Shown piece by piece: positions 29,219 through 39,589 of a stretch of DNA of 64,000 bases. The notes under the pieces are model-generated. The model was given only the letters and a program-made list of their open reading frames with translations, had not been told where the DNA came from and made no database searches. The position numbers were made by a program, and so were the translations under genes. The number at the start of each line of letters is the position of its first letter. Positions within the stretch are counted from its first letter, which is position 1. Origin of the DNA: Planctomycetota bacterium (GTDB taxonomy: Bacteria; Planctomycetota; UBA1135; UBA2386); NCBI GenBank assembly GCA_965223545.1, contig OZ245006.1, positions 576,001-640,000 on the forward strand, written 5' to 3'.

Positions 29219-31807
29219 ATGACCGTGCCTACCGTCGAACAGGACTTCGCCCGGTGGCGCGCGCGCTGTGATCCACGGGCGCTGGAACGCGTGTTCGACG
29301 CGCTGGCTCCCGAGCTACTCGTCATCGCGCACCATGTCGCCGGTGCGCAGCCCGCCGAGGACCTCGTGCAGGCCACGTTCCTCGCCGCGATCCAGCACGG
29401 CGACCGTTGGGACGCCGCGCGCCCGCTGCTGCCCTGGCTGATCGGCATCCTGGTGCGGCACGCCCTGCGCGAACGCGAGCGGCTGCACCGCCGTCCGGAC
29501 CCGAGGCGGCTGCCGGTGCGCTCGACCCCCGATCCGGCAGAGGTCGCCGAAGCCGAAGAGCTCGCCGCCGCCGTCGACGACGCGCTGCGGCAGCTGCCCA
29601 AGACCTACCGGCAGACCCTCGCCCTCCGGCTGGTGCACGGCCTCACTCCCACCGAGATCGCGCACGCGCTCGGCGAGCCGATCGCCACCGTCAAGAGCCG
29701 GCTGGCGCGCGGCCGAGAGCTGCTCCGCCGCGCCCTACCCGCCGGTGTGCACGCACCCGGCGCGGCGTTCCTCACCGGCATGCCCCTCGAGCAAGTGCGC
29801 GCCGAGATCCTGAACGCGGCGGCCCGACACGCCTCCTTCACCGCGGCGACCACCACCGCCGCGGTTGCTCCATCGATCGGAATCGCCATCATGACGCCCA
29901 AGCTGATGCTGTCCGCCACCGCTGGTCTCGCGCTCACCGGAGCGCTGGCGCTGGCTTGGTGGGTCCCCCACGCGCGCCTTCCCGATCCAGAAACCCCGGC
30001 GCAGAGCCAGACGCCCGCCACAGTGGTTGCGCCGCCGGGCGCACCGGACACGCCTGCGGCGGCGGCGAGCGCCGATCCGCGGGTCGCGCTCGCGCCGGCC
30101 ACGTCGACCGCCGATGACGCGACCGAGGCGGGCGCTTTCTTCCACGGCCGCGTCGTCGACGAGAACGGCCAGGGGATCGCCGGCGTCACCGTGCTGCTGG
30201 GGTTGCCCGGCCGCACCGACGCGCTACGGAGCGAGGCGAATTTCTTGATCGACCGTTCGGTCAACACCGGCGAGATCCGGACTCCGGAGGACGGCGCGAA
30301 GACCGCGACCGCCGCGGACGGCGGCTTTCGCTTTCGACGTCCGGACGATGCGATGCACCGCGCCCTGGTGGCGTGGTCGGCGGAACTCGGCTGTGCTCGG
30401 GTCGAGCTCCCCCCGGAGCACGTCGGCCCGATCGACATCACTCTGGCTCGCGGCGAAGCCCTCGCCGGCACCCTCCGCGACGCCACCACGCAGCAGCCGA
30501 TCGCGGACACGCACGTGTCCTTCTATCCCGAGCGCAGCGGAATGCCGATCGCCTGGCCGCAGACCGATGCCCTCGGGCGCTTTCGGACACCGCCGCTGCC
30601 GGTGCAGGGCTACCGCGCGATCGCCCGCCCGGACGGCTTCGTCGAGGTGGACCAGACCGTACCCGCAGGCCAGCGCGAGCTCCTGCTGGAGGCGGATCCC
30701 TTGCCACGTCTCGACGCGGTGCTCGCCAACGCGAACGGCACGGCGTGGACCGCGGCGCGCATCGCCGACGCACTCGGCGGCGACCGGGCGCTGCGCTTCG
30801 AGCTGACCGCGCGGCCGTACGACCGCTACAGCGCGTTGACGGCCGACCACTTCGACCGGGCTCGGCTCGAGCTCGAGCTCGAGCTCGAGCCCGACACCGG
30901 GTCGTTGCGCGGGGCCGTCATCGACACCGACGCACGGCATCTCTCCGTTTGGGACAGTGGCAAGCGCGTCGGCCAGGCGGTGCTCGACGACTGGCACACG
31001 AAACACATCCTCATCGAGCTCGCGCCTGAGCCAACCGTCAGGCTCGGCGCACGCATTCACCTCGATCCCACTCCACGATCTGCGGTCGAGATCGAGGCCA
31101 CCTTGACCGATGGACTCCGGCGCAGCGTGCCCCTGGCGACCGCGCGCGGCGACGGCCTGCTCCACTTCGACGTGCCGAGCCACCTCTCCGGCCACCGCTG
31201 CGGCCTGCTGATCGAGGCCGATGGCTACGCCGAGCACTTCGCCATGCTCGAGATCCCGACCGCGGCGACCGAAGCGTGGTACACCGCGACGCTCTCGCCC
31301 GCCGAGTGGACCGCGCACGGTCAGGTGCTCGGGCCCGCAGGCGGACCGCCGACGGCGGCGACGGTCACCGTGCTGCGGGCGGACGGCACTCCCCTACTGC
31401 GGCCCGAGCGGGCCACCGTGCTGCCGCGCGACGACGGCCTGTTCCGCTTCGAAGGCCTACCGCGCGCACCCGTCTGGGTCATGGTGCAGGCCGATGGTTG
31501 CGCGGCGCATGGCGTAGAGATTTCCGCCGACACGACGGAACCGGTCACGGTCGAGTTGGCGGCAAGCCGCGAGCTCGAGATCCAGTGCACCGCGAGTTCG
31601 AAGAAGCAGTACCGGATCCTGGATGCACAGGGCCGCCCGCTCCTCGACGACCGCTGGGCTGGCGTCTATCGATTCGGGCACGGTACCCACTTGGACATCG
31701 GCGCGCGTGCCGCGACGGTCGAGGTCTACGACACGGTCAGCGGCGAACTGCTGGGCAGCGGCGCCGTGCCGGCGAACGACGCGCTGGAGATTCGCGCACA
31801 CCAGTGA
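29219..31807 (+). CDS. ECF sigma factor with TM helix and C-terminal carboxypeptidase-regulatory-like (Ig-like) repeats
   Basis: AEDLVQATFL, WD..RPLLPWLIGI, EIAHALG..IATVKSRLARGRE; TM segment; GRVVDENGQGIAGVTV-type repeats. Confidence 0.85.
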   Translation: MTVPTVEQDFARWRARCDPRALERVFDALAPELLVIAHHVAGAQPAEDLVQATFLAAIQHGDRWDAARPLLPWLIGILVRHALRERERLHRRPDPRRLPVRSTPDPAEVAEAEELAAAVDDALRQLPKTYRQTLALRLVHGLTPTEIAHALGEPIATVKSRLARGRELLRRALPAGVHAPGAAFLTGMPLEQVRAEILNAAARHASFTAATTTAAVAPSIGIAIMTPKLMLSATAGLALTGALALAWWVPHARLPDPETPAQSQTPATVVAPPGAPDTPAAAASADPRVALAPATSTADDATEAGAFFHGRVVDENGQGIAGVTVLLGLPGRTDALRSEANFLIDRSVNTGEIRTPEDGAKTATAADGGFRFRRPDDAMHRALVAWSAELGCARVELPPEHVGPIDITLARGEALAGTLRDATTQQPIADTHVSFYPERSGMPIAWPQTDALGRFRTPPLPVQGYRAIARPDGFVEVDQTVPAGQRELLLEADPLPRLDAVLANANGTAWTAARIADALGGDRALRFELTARPYDRYSALTADHFDRARLELELELEPDTGSLRGAVIDTDARHLSVWDSGKRVGQAVLDDWHTKHILIELAPEPTVRLGARIHLDPTPRSAVEIEATLTDGLRRSVPLATARGDGLLHFDVPSHLSGHRCGLLIEADGYAEHFAMLEIPTAATEAWYTATLSPAEWTAHGQVLGPAGGPPTAATVTVLRADGTPLLRPERATVLPRDDGLFRFEGLPRAPVWVMVQADGCAAHGVEISADTTEPVTVELAASRELEIQCTASSKKQYRILDAQGRPLLDDRWAGVYRFGHGTHLDIGARAATVEVYDTVSGELLGSGAVPANDALEIRAHQ

Positions 31808-31996
31808 GGGCGCACCGGCCCGCGACAATCACCACCGGCGGCGCGTTGCGAACACGCTGAGGCTGAATGCGTTCTCCGATCGCGAGCGCCGCGCTTGCCG
31901 CTGCGGCGACACCCTCGTAGTGTCGCCGCCGGGGCGACCCTTCCGTCGGCCACCGGCGAGCGTCGTCCTCTCGCCTCTCGACCCCGGAGGATCCTC

Positions 31997-33199
31997 GTGC
32001 ACAGCCTTCGCGTCCCTCTCCGCAGCGCGTTGCTGCCAATCGCCGCTGCCCTGACGCTGACCGCCGCGCCCGAAGCCCAATCGCCGATCCGCATGACATG
32101 GATCACGACCGGCGACACCCGCGCCATTCTGCAGTGTTTCGGGCAGCAGTCGTTGCCCTCCGGAACCGATCTCACGACCAGTCCCTCGATCTCGCAGGTC
32201 AACCCCGGCGGCGTGTACCCGCTCAACGCGGGAGTCAGCTTCTTCTCTCGACAGACCCTCGCGGGCTGGCCGTCGGTCGAGATCCGTGATTCGGCGTCGG
32301 CCTACGCCTTGAACCGCCTCGTCGGGAGCGCGGGCTACACGGCGATGACCGGCGGGCCCCAGAGTGGCTTGCTGTGCAAGCAGATCACCGACACCCACGA
32401 CAGTGTGCTGTCGCTGCGCCAAACCGCGTGGGCGTCGGTCCAAGCGGACTTGGTCGTCATCGCATCGACGACCCGGACCCAGACCTGCGAGGTGTGTCCG
32501 TTTGGCTGGCCGGGCGGGCTCAAGTCGAACCTGCAACACTGGGCGAACGTCGACATCGGCGACGACGGCAGCGAGGAGGTTTCGTACGTGGCGTCGACCA
32601 CGGGCGGCTCGCTGACCCGAACCTTCCCGATCACCTTGCGTCGGAACTCGACGCTACGGATCCGCCTCGGCACGCGCAGCCTGTCCGAGGCCTCGATCCC
32701 TCTCGGCGTCTACGCGGAGGTATCGGTGTTCGTGTGGGGCTCGCTGCGAGTGGAGCTGCGCAACGTCCGCTATCCGGGCTCCGCGATCCCCTACGGCGCG
32801 GGGTGCCCCGGTACCAACGGTATCGCCAGCCACGGCGCGGCGACCCCCGCCGCGCTCGGCAGCACCGCCATCTACGAGCTGCACAGCGGGCCCTTGAACT
32901 CACCGACATTCCTGTATCTCGGCGCGTCCAACACCACCTTCCTCGGCCTCGGCCTGCCGCTGAACCTCGCTTTCCTGGGCGCGCCCTGCGATCTGCTCAC
33001 CAGCATCGACGCGACCATTCCCGCGATGACCGACGCCACCGGCTACGCCAACATTGCGCTGCCGGTGCCGGCAAGCCTTCCGGCGGCGGTCGGTGCACGG
33101 TTCTACTCGCAGTTCGTCTCCGTCGAGCCCCTGCCGGTCAATCCGCTGGGGCTGACCTACAGCAACGGGTTGGTGTCGATTCTCGGCGGCCCGCTCTGA
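31997..33199 (+). CDS. Secreted hypothetical protein with shared C-terminal domain
   Basis: GGAGG RBS, GTG start, signal peptide ending PEA-Q; C-terminal YGAGC...NPLGLTYSNG. Confidence 0.75.
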   Translation: MHSLRVPLRSALLPIAAALTLTAAPEAQSPIRMTWITTGDTRAILQCFGQQSLPSGTDLTTSPSISQVNPGGVYPLNAGVSFFSRQTLAGWPSVEIRDSASAYALNRLVGSAGYTAMTGGPQSGLLCKQITDTHDSVLSLRQTAWASVQADLVVIASTTRTQTCEVCPFGWPGGLKSNLQHWANVDIGDDGSEEVSYVASTTGGSLTRTFPITLRRNSTLRIRLGTRSLSEASIPLGVYAEVSVFVWGSLRVELRNVRYPGSAIPYGAGCPGTNGIASHGAATPAALGSTAIYELHSGPLNSPTFLYLGASNTTFLGLGLPLNLAFLGAPCDLLTSIDATIPAMTDATGYANIALPVPASLPAAVGARFYSQFVSVEPLPVNPLGLTYSNGLVSILGGPL

Positions 33200-33242
33200 G
33201 GGCCCCACGCACCGCACAACCACCGCGGAGTACGATCCCCAC

Positions 33243-33641
33243 ATGCCCGACAACCCCCGCTTCCAGGCTGCCTCCCCCTACGGAGACGACGTCCTCGCTC
33301 TCCCAGTCGAAGACCTGGACGCCGCGTCGGCGCACTACACCGCGTGCTTCGGTATGGTCGAAGTGGAGCGGCGCGACACGCCGCACCCAGCGGTCATCCT
33401 CGAGCGCGACGGGGTGCGCATCGGCTTTGCGATCAACGGCGGGGACGCATCCAACGAGGGGGCGGCCATCCTGGTGCACGGCATCGAGCAGCTCCGCGAC
33501 GAGCTCGAGGGCAGGGGGGCCAAGATCGGAGACTGGCGCGTGGACGAGCGCGACGGCATGCGGTTTCAGGTCTTCTTCGTCGTCGCCCCCGACGGGCTCT
33601 GCTACTACTTCCACGAACCGCTGGCAGGAACCGAGCCCTGA
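33243..33641 (+). CDS. VOC/glyoxalase-family protein
   Basis: LPVEDLDAASAHY...FG, V.GIEQL..EL..RG, F..APDG. Confidence 0.8.
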   Translation: MPDNPRFQAASPYGDDVLALPVEDLDAASAHYTACFGMVEVERRDTPHPAVILERDGVRIGFAINGGDASNEGAAILVHGIEQLRDELEGRGAKIGDWRVDERDGMRFQVFFVVAPDGLCYYFHEPLAGTEP

Positions 33642-33679
33642 ACCTGTTCCGCGGACCTCCGGGCGAAGCAGAGGCCCGC

Positions 33680-35158
33680 ATGACGCGAACACCAGTGATT
33701 CTGTTGACCGGTGCGACCGGATACGTCGGCGGCCGCCTCCGCGCCGCCCTGGAAGCCGAGGGCGACTCGCTGCGATGCATGGCCCGGCGACCCGAGAACC
33801 TCCGCTCCCGCGTGTCGTCTTCGACCGAGGTCGTCGCGGGCGACGTGCTCGATCCCGACTCGCTCCAGGACGCTCTGAGCGGCACCAAGGTGGCCTACTA
33901 CCTGGTGCATTCCATGGGTTCCAAGGCCGACTTCGAAGAGAGAGATCGGCGTGCGGCGACCAACTTCGCAACGGCTGCGCGCGCGGCCGGACTCCGACGG
34001 ATCATCTACCTCGGGGGACTCGCCGAGCCCGGGTCGGATCTCTCCGCCCACCTTCGCAGCCGCCACGAAGTCGGCGAGATTCTGCGCACGTCCGGCTGCC
34101 AAGTCATCGAGCTGCGGGCATCGATCGTGATCGGCGCGGGGAGTCTGTCGTTCGAATTGGTCCGGTCGTTGGTCGAGCGGCTTCCCGTCATGATCACGCC
34201 GAAGTGGACCACGGTGGAGGCGCAGCCGATCGCGGTCGAAGATCTCATCGACTACTTGATGGCCTGCAGGCGGCTCGAAGGCACCGAGAACCGCATCTAC
34301 GAGATCGGAGGAGCCGATCGCGTCTCCTACGAAGGCCTGATGCGAGAATACGCCCGCCAGCGAGGCCTGCGCCGGTTCATGCTCCGCGTGCCCGTCATCA
34401 CCCCGTGGCTCTCGAGCCTCTGGCTCGGCCTGATCACGCCGGTCTTTGCCCGGATCGGGCGCAAGCTCATCGAGAGCATCAAGAGCCCCTCCGTGGTCCG
34501 CGACCCCTCGGCGGTCGTCGACTTCGACATCGAACCCACCGGGATGAGTTCTGCTATCGCCCGCGCCCTCGCCGACGAAGAAGCCTCGTTCGTTGAGAGC
34601 CGTTGGTCGGACGCACTCTCCAGCGGCGGCGACGTCGTGACCTGGGCGGGGGTCCGCTTCGGCAACCGGCTCGTCGACCGCCGCTCGCAGGTGCTCGCTC
34701 TGGAGCCCGTCGCTGCGTTCGCACCAATCCGTCGCATCGGTGGCAGGAACGGGTGGTACGCGTTCAACTGGCTCTGGAGCCTGCGCGGGACGATCGACCT
34801 CCTGCTCGGCGGCGTGGGCACGAGACGCGGGCGGTCACATCCGGACCGCGTCCGCGTCGGGGATGCCATCGACTTCTGGCGAGTGGAGGCATACGAGCCC
34901 GATCGACGGTTGCGCCTCTCGGCCGAGATGAAGCTCCCGGGAAGGGCATGGCTCGAGTTCGAAGCCAAGCCACAAGGCGCCGGCTCGGTGGTCTGCCAAA
35001 CCGCCGTCTTCGACCCCGTCGGTCTCGGCGGCCTGGCATACTGGTACCTCGTGTACCCACTGCACGCGCTCGTCTTTCGCGGCATGCTGAACGGGGTCAC
35101 GCGGGAAGCTCAGCGCGGCCGCGGCCGCAACCAAAGACCGAGCGCACCACGACAGTAG
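33680..35158 (+). CDS. NAD(P)-dependent SDR/epimerase with DUF2867-like C-terminus (YbjT-like)
   Basis: LLTGATGYVGGRL, YYLVHSM, HLRSRHEVG, GGRNGW, DFWRVE, AEMKLPGRAWLEF; last ~16 codons come from repeat R3. Confidence 0.9.
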   Translation: MTRTPVILLTGATGYVGGRLRAALEAEGDSLRCMARRPENLRSRVSSSTEVVAGDVLDPDSLQDALSGTKVAYYLVHSMGSKADFEERDRRAATNFATAARAAGLRRIIYLGGLAEPGSDLSAHLRSRHEVGEILRTSGCQVIELRASIVIGAGSLSFELVRSLVERLPVMITPKWTTVEAQPIAVEDLIDYLMACRRLEGTENRIYEIGGADRVSYEGLMREYARQRGLRRFMLRVPVITPWLSSLWLGLITPVFARIGRKLIESIKSPSVVRDPSAVVDFDIEPTGMSSAIARALADEEASFVESRWSDALSSGGDVVTWAGVRFGNRLVDRRSQVLALEPVAAFAPIRRIGGRNGWYAFNWLWSLRGTIDLLLGGVGTRRGRSHPDRVRVGDAIDFWRVEAYEPDRRLRLSAEMKLPGRAWLEFEAKPQGAGSVVCQTAVFDPVGLGGLAYWYLVYPLHALVFRGMLNGVTREAQRGRGRNQRPSAPRQ

Positions 35159-35519
35159 CGGAGCCCGCGAATCCAGCGGTGCTGGGCGGCCGCGCTGAGC
35201 CCGGAGGCCAGTGTTGTCTTCGAGCCTCCGGGAGCTGCGTTGTCGAATTCCCGGCGACGACGGGCCTTCCGAAAGGTTGTTGCCGCTCGAACATTCTCGG
35301 ACCCCGAGGCTCAGTGCGGCCGCGGCCGCAACGGTATCAAAGACCGAGCGCACCACGACAGTAGCGGAGCCCGCGAATCCAGCGGTGCTGGGCGGCCGCG
35401 CTGAGCCCAGAGGCCAGTGTTGTCTTCGAGCCTCCGGGAGCTGCGTTGTCGAAGTTCCAGCGGCATCAAGCCTTCGAAAATGTTGTCGCCGCGCGAAGAT
35501 TCTCGGCCCCGGACGCTCC
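35109..35519 (+). repeat. Two tandem copies (R3 35109-35313, R4 35310-35519) of the ~200-bp palindromic repeat, each with an empty IS target
   Basis: Direct repeat with periods of 201 and 206 bp; perfect 15-bp inverted repeat 35108-35122/35186-35200; tcgAGcctccgg at 35220-35231 and 35426-35437. Confidence 0.95.
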
Positions 35520-35548
35520 GCGACTGGCGGAACTCGGGCTTGCGGGCC

Positions 35549-36004
35549 CTACCGGCACCGCGCCGCCAGCACCGCATCGAGGGTGACGTCGTGGCGATAG
35601 TCGAAGAGCTTGACCAGCCGCGGGCGGATGACGAAGCGATCGGCGCACCGCCCCAACGCGCCGAACGGAGGGGCGTAGTCGATCTCGTCGCGAAGCCGGC
35701 ACCCGGCCGCGTGCGCGAAGAAGAGGTGCTTGTGGCGCCACTCGGCGAACGGCCCCTCCACCATGACGTCCTCGAAGAACCGGTTCTTCTCGTAGGCGAC
35801 GTGCTCGGCCACGATCGTCGTCCACGACAGCCCGATCTTGGTGCGAACCCGCACCCTCGTTCCGACCTCGAGACCCGTGGGTGGTTCGATGATCTCGGTC
35901 CGCTCCCACGGCGGCTGCAGCAGGGCGAACGCGTCCGGCCGCTCATGGAACGCGAAGACCTCCTCCACAGTGGCGGGCAACACGCTCTCCTTCACGAATC
36001 GCAC
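35549..36004 (-). CDS. SRPBCC-family protein
   Basis: VEEVFAFHERPDAF..LQPPW, FEDVMVEGPFAEWRHKHLF, D.IDY.PPFG.LG, LFDYRH. Confidence 0.85.
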   Translation of the reverse strand: MRFVKESVLPATVEEVFAFHERPDAFALLQPPWERTEIIEPPTGLEVGTRVRVRTKIGLSWTTIVAEHVAYEKNRFFEDVMVEGPFAEWRHKHLFFAHAAGCRLRDEIDYAPPFGALGRCADRFVIRPRLVKLFDYRHDVTLDAVLAARCR

Positions 36005-36057
36005 GACCCGTCCGAGTCTACCTCGAGTCGGGCCGCGAACCCGGCCTCTTCCGCTGA

Positions 36058-38325
36058 TCACAGCGGCGCGCGCGTGAACACGCCGCGACCGTAGGTGCCG
36101 ATCGCGATCTCGTTGGAGCGCGGGTCGTAGACCATGTCGGTCACGTAGGGCGTGGTCGGCAACCCGTCGTTGTAGCTCTGCCACGTGGTGCCGCGGTCGG
36201 TCGACACGAAGACCCCGAGGTCGGAGCCGATGTAGAGGTGGCCGCGATCGTCCGGTGACCACAGCACACAGCGCACGTTGATCATCGATCCCAGGTTGCC
36301 CGTGCAATCGTTCCAGGTCTCGCCGGAATCGCGGCTGCAGACCACCCGGGTTCTAGTGATCCCACTCAGCCCCGCGATGACGAGGCGCCCGGCGTCGCTG
36401 ACCGAGCCGAACTCGATGTCGGTCACCTGCTTGCCCGACCACGATCCCGATCTGAGGGTGGCGAGATGAAGCGTCGGGTTGGCCGGAGTGGAGACGCGCA
36501 TGGGAACGATGCTGCCGTCGAGCCCGACCACGATCACTTCCGCAGTCGGCGTGGCGAGCGTCGCAGCAACCTTGGTCGGCACGGTTCCGGCCGGTACCGA
36601 GAACCGCTGGGACCACGCGGTGCCGGGGCCGGGGGTGCTGTAGACCGCGCCGCCGAAGTTCGTCAGGAAGGACCGGCCAGACCAGGTCAGGTCGGCGGTC
36701 CAGGGTTGACCACTCGGCAAACCGCTGGAGAACGAGTTCCACGCGCCACACGTCTGGCTCAGCGAGGGCGGGTACTGGAAGCGAAACTGACTGGTCGATG
36801 ACAGGCCGACCAGGGTCGAGTACAGCGTGCCGTCCTTGAACAACACGTCGCCACCGTCGCAGCAGGTGATTGCGTCCCACTGCCGGAACTCGTTGGGCCC
36901 CATCTGGACGCCGTTGTCCTGGGTGCCGATCGCGTATCGAGTTCCCGCGAACTTGTTGGCCTGATCCGGATTCACGGCGAGGGTACGCACCTGCATCGCG
37001 GCCAGCGAAGTCCCGCCGACCGTCCGCCATGTCGTGCCGACGTCCTCGGAACGCACGAGGCCGCCGTCGTTGCCGGCAAAGACGACGTTTCGCTTGGTGA
37101 CGTGTGGCCAGATGCACTGCACGTCCTCGTGCGTGAGGTTCGCGGAAGCCGTCCATGTCACACCCGCGTCGGTCGAGGTGTACATCGCGCGGGCGTTGCA
37201 ACCGGTCCACACCACGTTCGGGTTCGAATCCGAGACCGCGATCGCGTTGTTGTGTCGCATCTGACCCGCCGCCGGAACCGGCGTCGTCACCTGCGTCCAG
37301 CTCTGGCCACGGTCCATCGACCGCCAGATTCCGGCCCAAGTGTCATCGGGCGCCGCGACGCTGGCGTAGACCGCGTTGTGCACCCCGATCCTCCCGGCGC
37401 CAAGCGCGATCCGCGCCAAGGCCGGCGGCGCCCCCGGCAGAGCCTTGGTGACGAACGACCCGGCGGTCCCCTGGCTGCCACTCACGTGCACCACGCCATT
37501 CCGCGTCGTCGCGACGACCGAGAAGCTCCCCGTCAACGGCTGGCCGACGACCTCGACCGCCGCCATTTGATCGACGACGACCCGGTCCCAAGTTCCGGCT
37601 TCGCCGCGGAACAATCCCTGGCTCGAGGCGACGAAGACGACGTCCGAGTTGGGATCGCCCCCCGGCTGCACGTCGATGTCGGAAACGTACGCCGTGATGA
37701 GCGAAGTGAACGCCACGCGGCTCCACGACAGGCCCCCGTCCGAGGTGGTGTAGAGCAGCCCCATGGAAGGGGCGCCCGTGCCACCGAAACCGGTTCCGAA
37801 GCTGCCGGTGCCGACCCACGCGGTTCCGGACCGGACCAAGTGGGTTTCGATCGCGCTGATCGAAGGGTGTGCGATCGCGTCGAAGGCGGGCGCCCACGAA
37901 GCCCCCTCGTCGGTACTGCGCCACAGACCACCGCTCGAGGCGCCGGCCCACAGCAGCGACGGGTTGCCGAAGTCCTGGGCGAAACTGATGATGCGACCGG
38001 TCCAAGTTCCGGCCACCGGTAGACAGCCCGCGGGCCCTTGCGCACCGACCGGTCCGACGAACTCCCAGGGCAGGGCCGCGCCGTCGGCCTCGGGTGCGCC
38101 ACCGCGAGGGTCTCCGCCGGCATACAGGTGCGCCAGCCGAACACGGGCGACTTCGGCCGCCCCCTCTGGTTGGTAGGGGTCCGTCTGCTCCGCTGCTGGA
38201 GCTGGGACGCCCTGCGCAGTGCGTTGGTCGGCGTGCGTGCATGCCACGCCGAACAGGGCCGACGCGCTGGCGGCAGCGAGAGCAGAAAAACAGGTACGAC
38301 TGGATCGCGTCGACGGGGATCTCAG
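36058..38325 (-). pseudogene. BNR/Asp-box (sortilin/Vps10-like) beta-propeller, probable lipoprotein, 5' end separated by repeat + IS insertion
   Basis: S.D.G.(T/S)W Asp-boxes, GGLWRS, GNDGG, GTQDNG, GTYGRG. There is no ATG/GTG start in front of the signal peptide; the native start is reconstructed at 40032 or 40002. Confidence 0.7.
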
Positions 38326-38436
38326 CGCGGCCGGGGCCGCAACCAAACACGGAGCATTCCGCGACCCGAGCGTCGGTCGCGGGTTCCGCGGTCGCCGGCG
38401 GCCGCGCTGAGCCCAGAGGCCAGTGTTGTCTTCGAG
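38321..38436 (+). repeat. Repeat copy R5, left half (interrupted by IS)
   Basis: Shares the conserved arms of R2-R4 up to cagtgttgtcttcgAG, then switches to IS sequence. Confidence 0.93.
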
Positions 38437-38512
38437 ATGGGATGAGAGGGTCGATCCCTCCGACGCAGTCGCCACACAATGGCGCTGCAAAATCAAAGGA
38501 GCAGATCGACCC

Positions 38513-39589
38513 ATGACCAAAGTTACCGCTCAGACCTCCCCCGTGACCATCGGTCTCGACATTGGCGATCGGAACATCCACTACTGCGCACTGGACGCGT
38601 CGCGGACGGTCGTTGCGCGGGGCAGTTTCCCGACGACGCCGACAGCGCTCTCGAAGGCGCTGAGCGACTTCCCGGGCGCCAGAGTCGCTCTCGAGGCCGG
38701 CTCGCAGTCGGCCTGGATGTCTCGGCGGTTGCGCTCGGAGGGCTACGACGTTCACGTCGTGGACCCGCGCCGAGTGCAGCTGATCGCCAAGGATCCTCGC
38801 AAGACCGACCGGCGCGATGCCGAGACCCTGGCTCGCCTGGAGGCAGGGATGCCCGAGTTGCTCGGCACGATCCACCACCGCAGCGAGCAGGCACAGGCCG
38901 ACCTGTCGGTCATTCGTGCGCGCGACCTGCTGGTGAGGATGCGGACGATGGCAGTGCAGCAGGTCCGGAGCCTGGCGAAGGGCTTCGGCGTCCGGCTGCC
39001 GTCGGCATCGACCGCGGCGTTCCCGAAGCGAGCTCGCGAGTCCATGCCGGTCCTGCTACTCACTGCGGCGGAGCCGCTGCTGGACTTGATCGCCGACCTG
39101 TCCCGCCGGATCGACGAGCTCGACAAGGCGCTCGTCGAGGCGAGCCGCGAGCGATACCCCGAGGTCGCCGTCGTGCAGCAAGTCAACGGCGTGGGGCCGG
39201 TCACAGCGACCGCGTTCGTGCTGACGATCGAGGATCCGACACGATTCGCCGAAAGCCGCCGCGTGGGCTCCTGGCTCGGCTTGTGCCCAAAGAGCTTCGC
39301 GTCGGGCGACAGCAATCCGGAGCTGTCGATCAGCAAGGCTGGCGACGGCTATCTGAGACGGCTTCTGGTGCAGTGTGCGCACTACATCCTCGGCCCGTTC
39401 GGCAAGGACTGTGACCTCCGGCGCTTCGGGCAACGCCTGATCGCCCGCGGCGGCCGCGGCGCGAGGAAACGCGCGGCGGTCGCGGTTGCCCGCAAGCTCG
39501 CGCTACTGCTGCATCGGCTGTGGCGTCATGGCTTGGTCTACGACCCACTCCACAACAGCGACCGCGTAGCTGCCCACACCGCGGTATGA
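38513..39589 (+). CDS. IS110-family DEDD recombinase/transposase (358 aa)
   Basis: AAGGAG RBS; IGLD, ALEAG, KTDRRDA (DEDD); GVGPVTA, WLGLCP..FASG (catalytic Ser), SKAGDGYLRRLLVQCA, AVAVARKLA. Confidence 0.96.
   Translation: MTKVTAQTSPVTIGLDIGDRNIHYCALDASRTVVARGSFPTTPTALSKALSDFPGARVALEAGSQSAWMSRRLRSEGYDVHVVDPRRVQLIAKDPRKTDRRDAETLARLEAGMPELLGTIHHRSEQAQADLSVIRARDLLVRMRTMAVQQVRSLAKGFGVRLPSASTAAFPKRARESMPVLLLTAAEPLLDLIADLSRRIDELDKALVEASRERYPEVAVVQQVNGVGPVTATAFVLTIEDPTRFAESRRVGSWLGLCPKSFASGDSNPELSISKAGDGYLRRLLVQCAHYILGPFGKDCDLRRFGQRLIARGGRGARKRAAVAVARKLALLLHRLWRHGLVYDPLHNSDRVAAHTAV

Noticed and set aside
30866..30889. (CTCGAG)x4 microsatellite as a phase-variation tract
   Set aside because: In-frame hexamer encoding LELELELE; copy changes would not shift the frame.
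35109..35519. Tandem repeat as a CRISPR array
   Set aside because: Units are ~200 bp with identical interiors rather than unique spacers, and there are no cas genes in the window.
38423..38512. Longer N-terminus of the transposase as given in the ORF track
   Set aside because: It starts outside the IS boundary in repeat sequence. ATG 38513 has an AAGGAG RBS and places the first Asp at the usual position.
38326..38520. ORF-track N-terminus of the 820-aa beta-propeller ORF
   Set aside because: It is translated repeat and IS left-end antisense sequence, not the native start.
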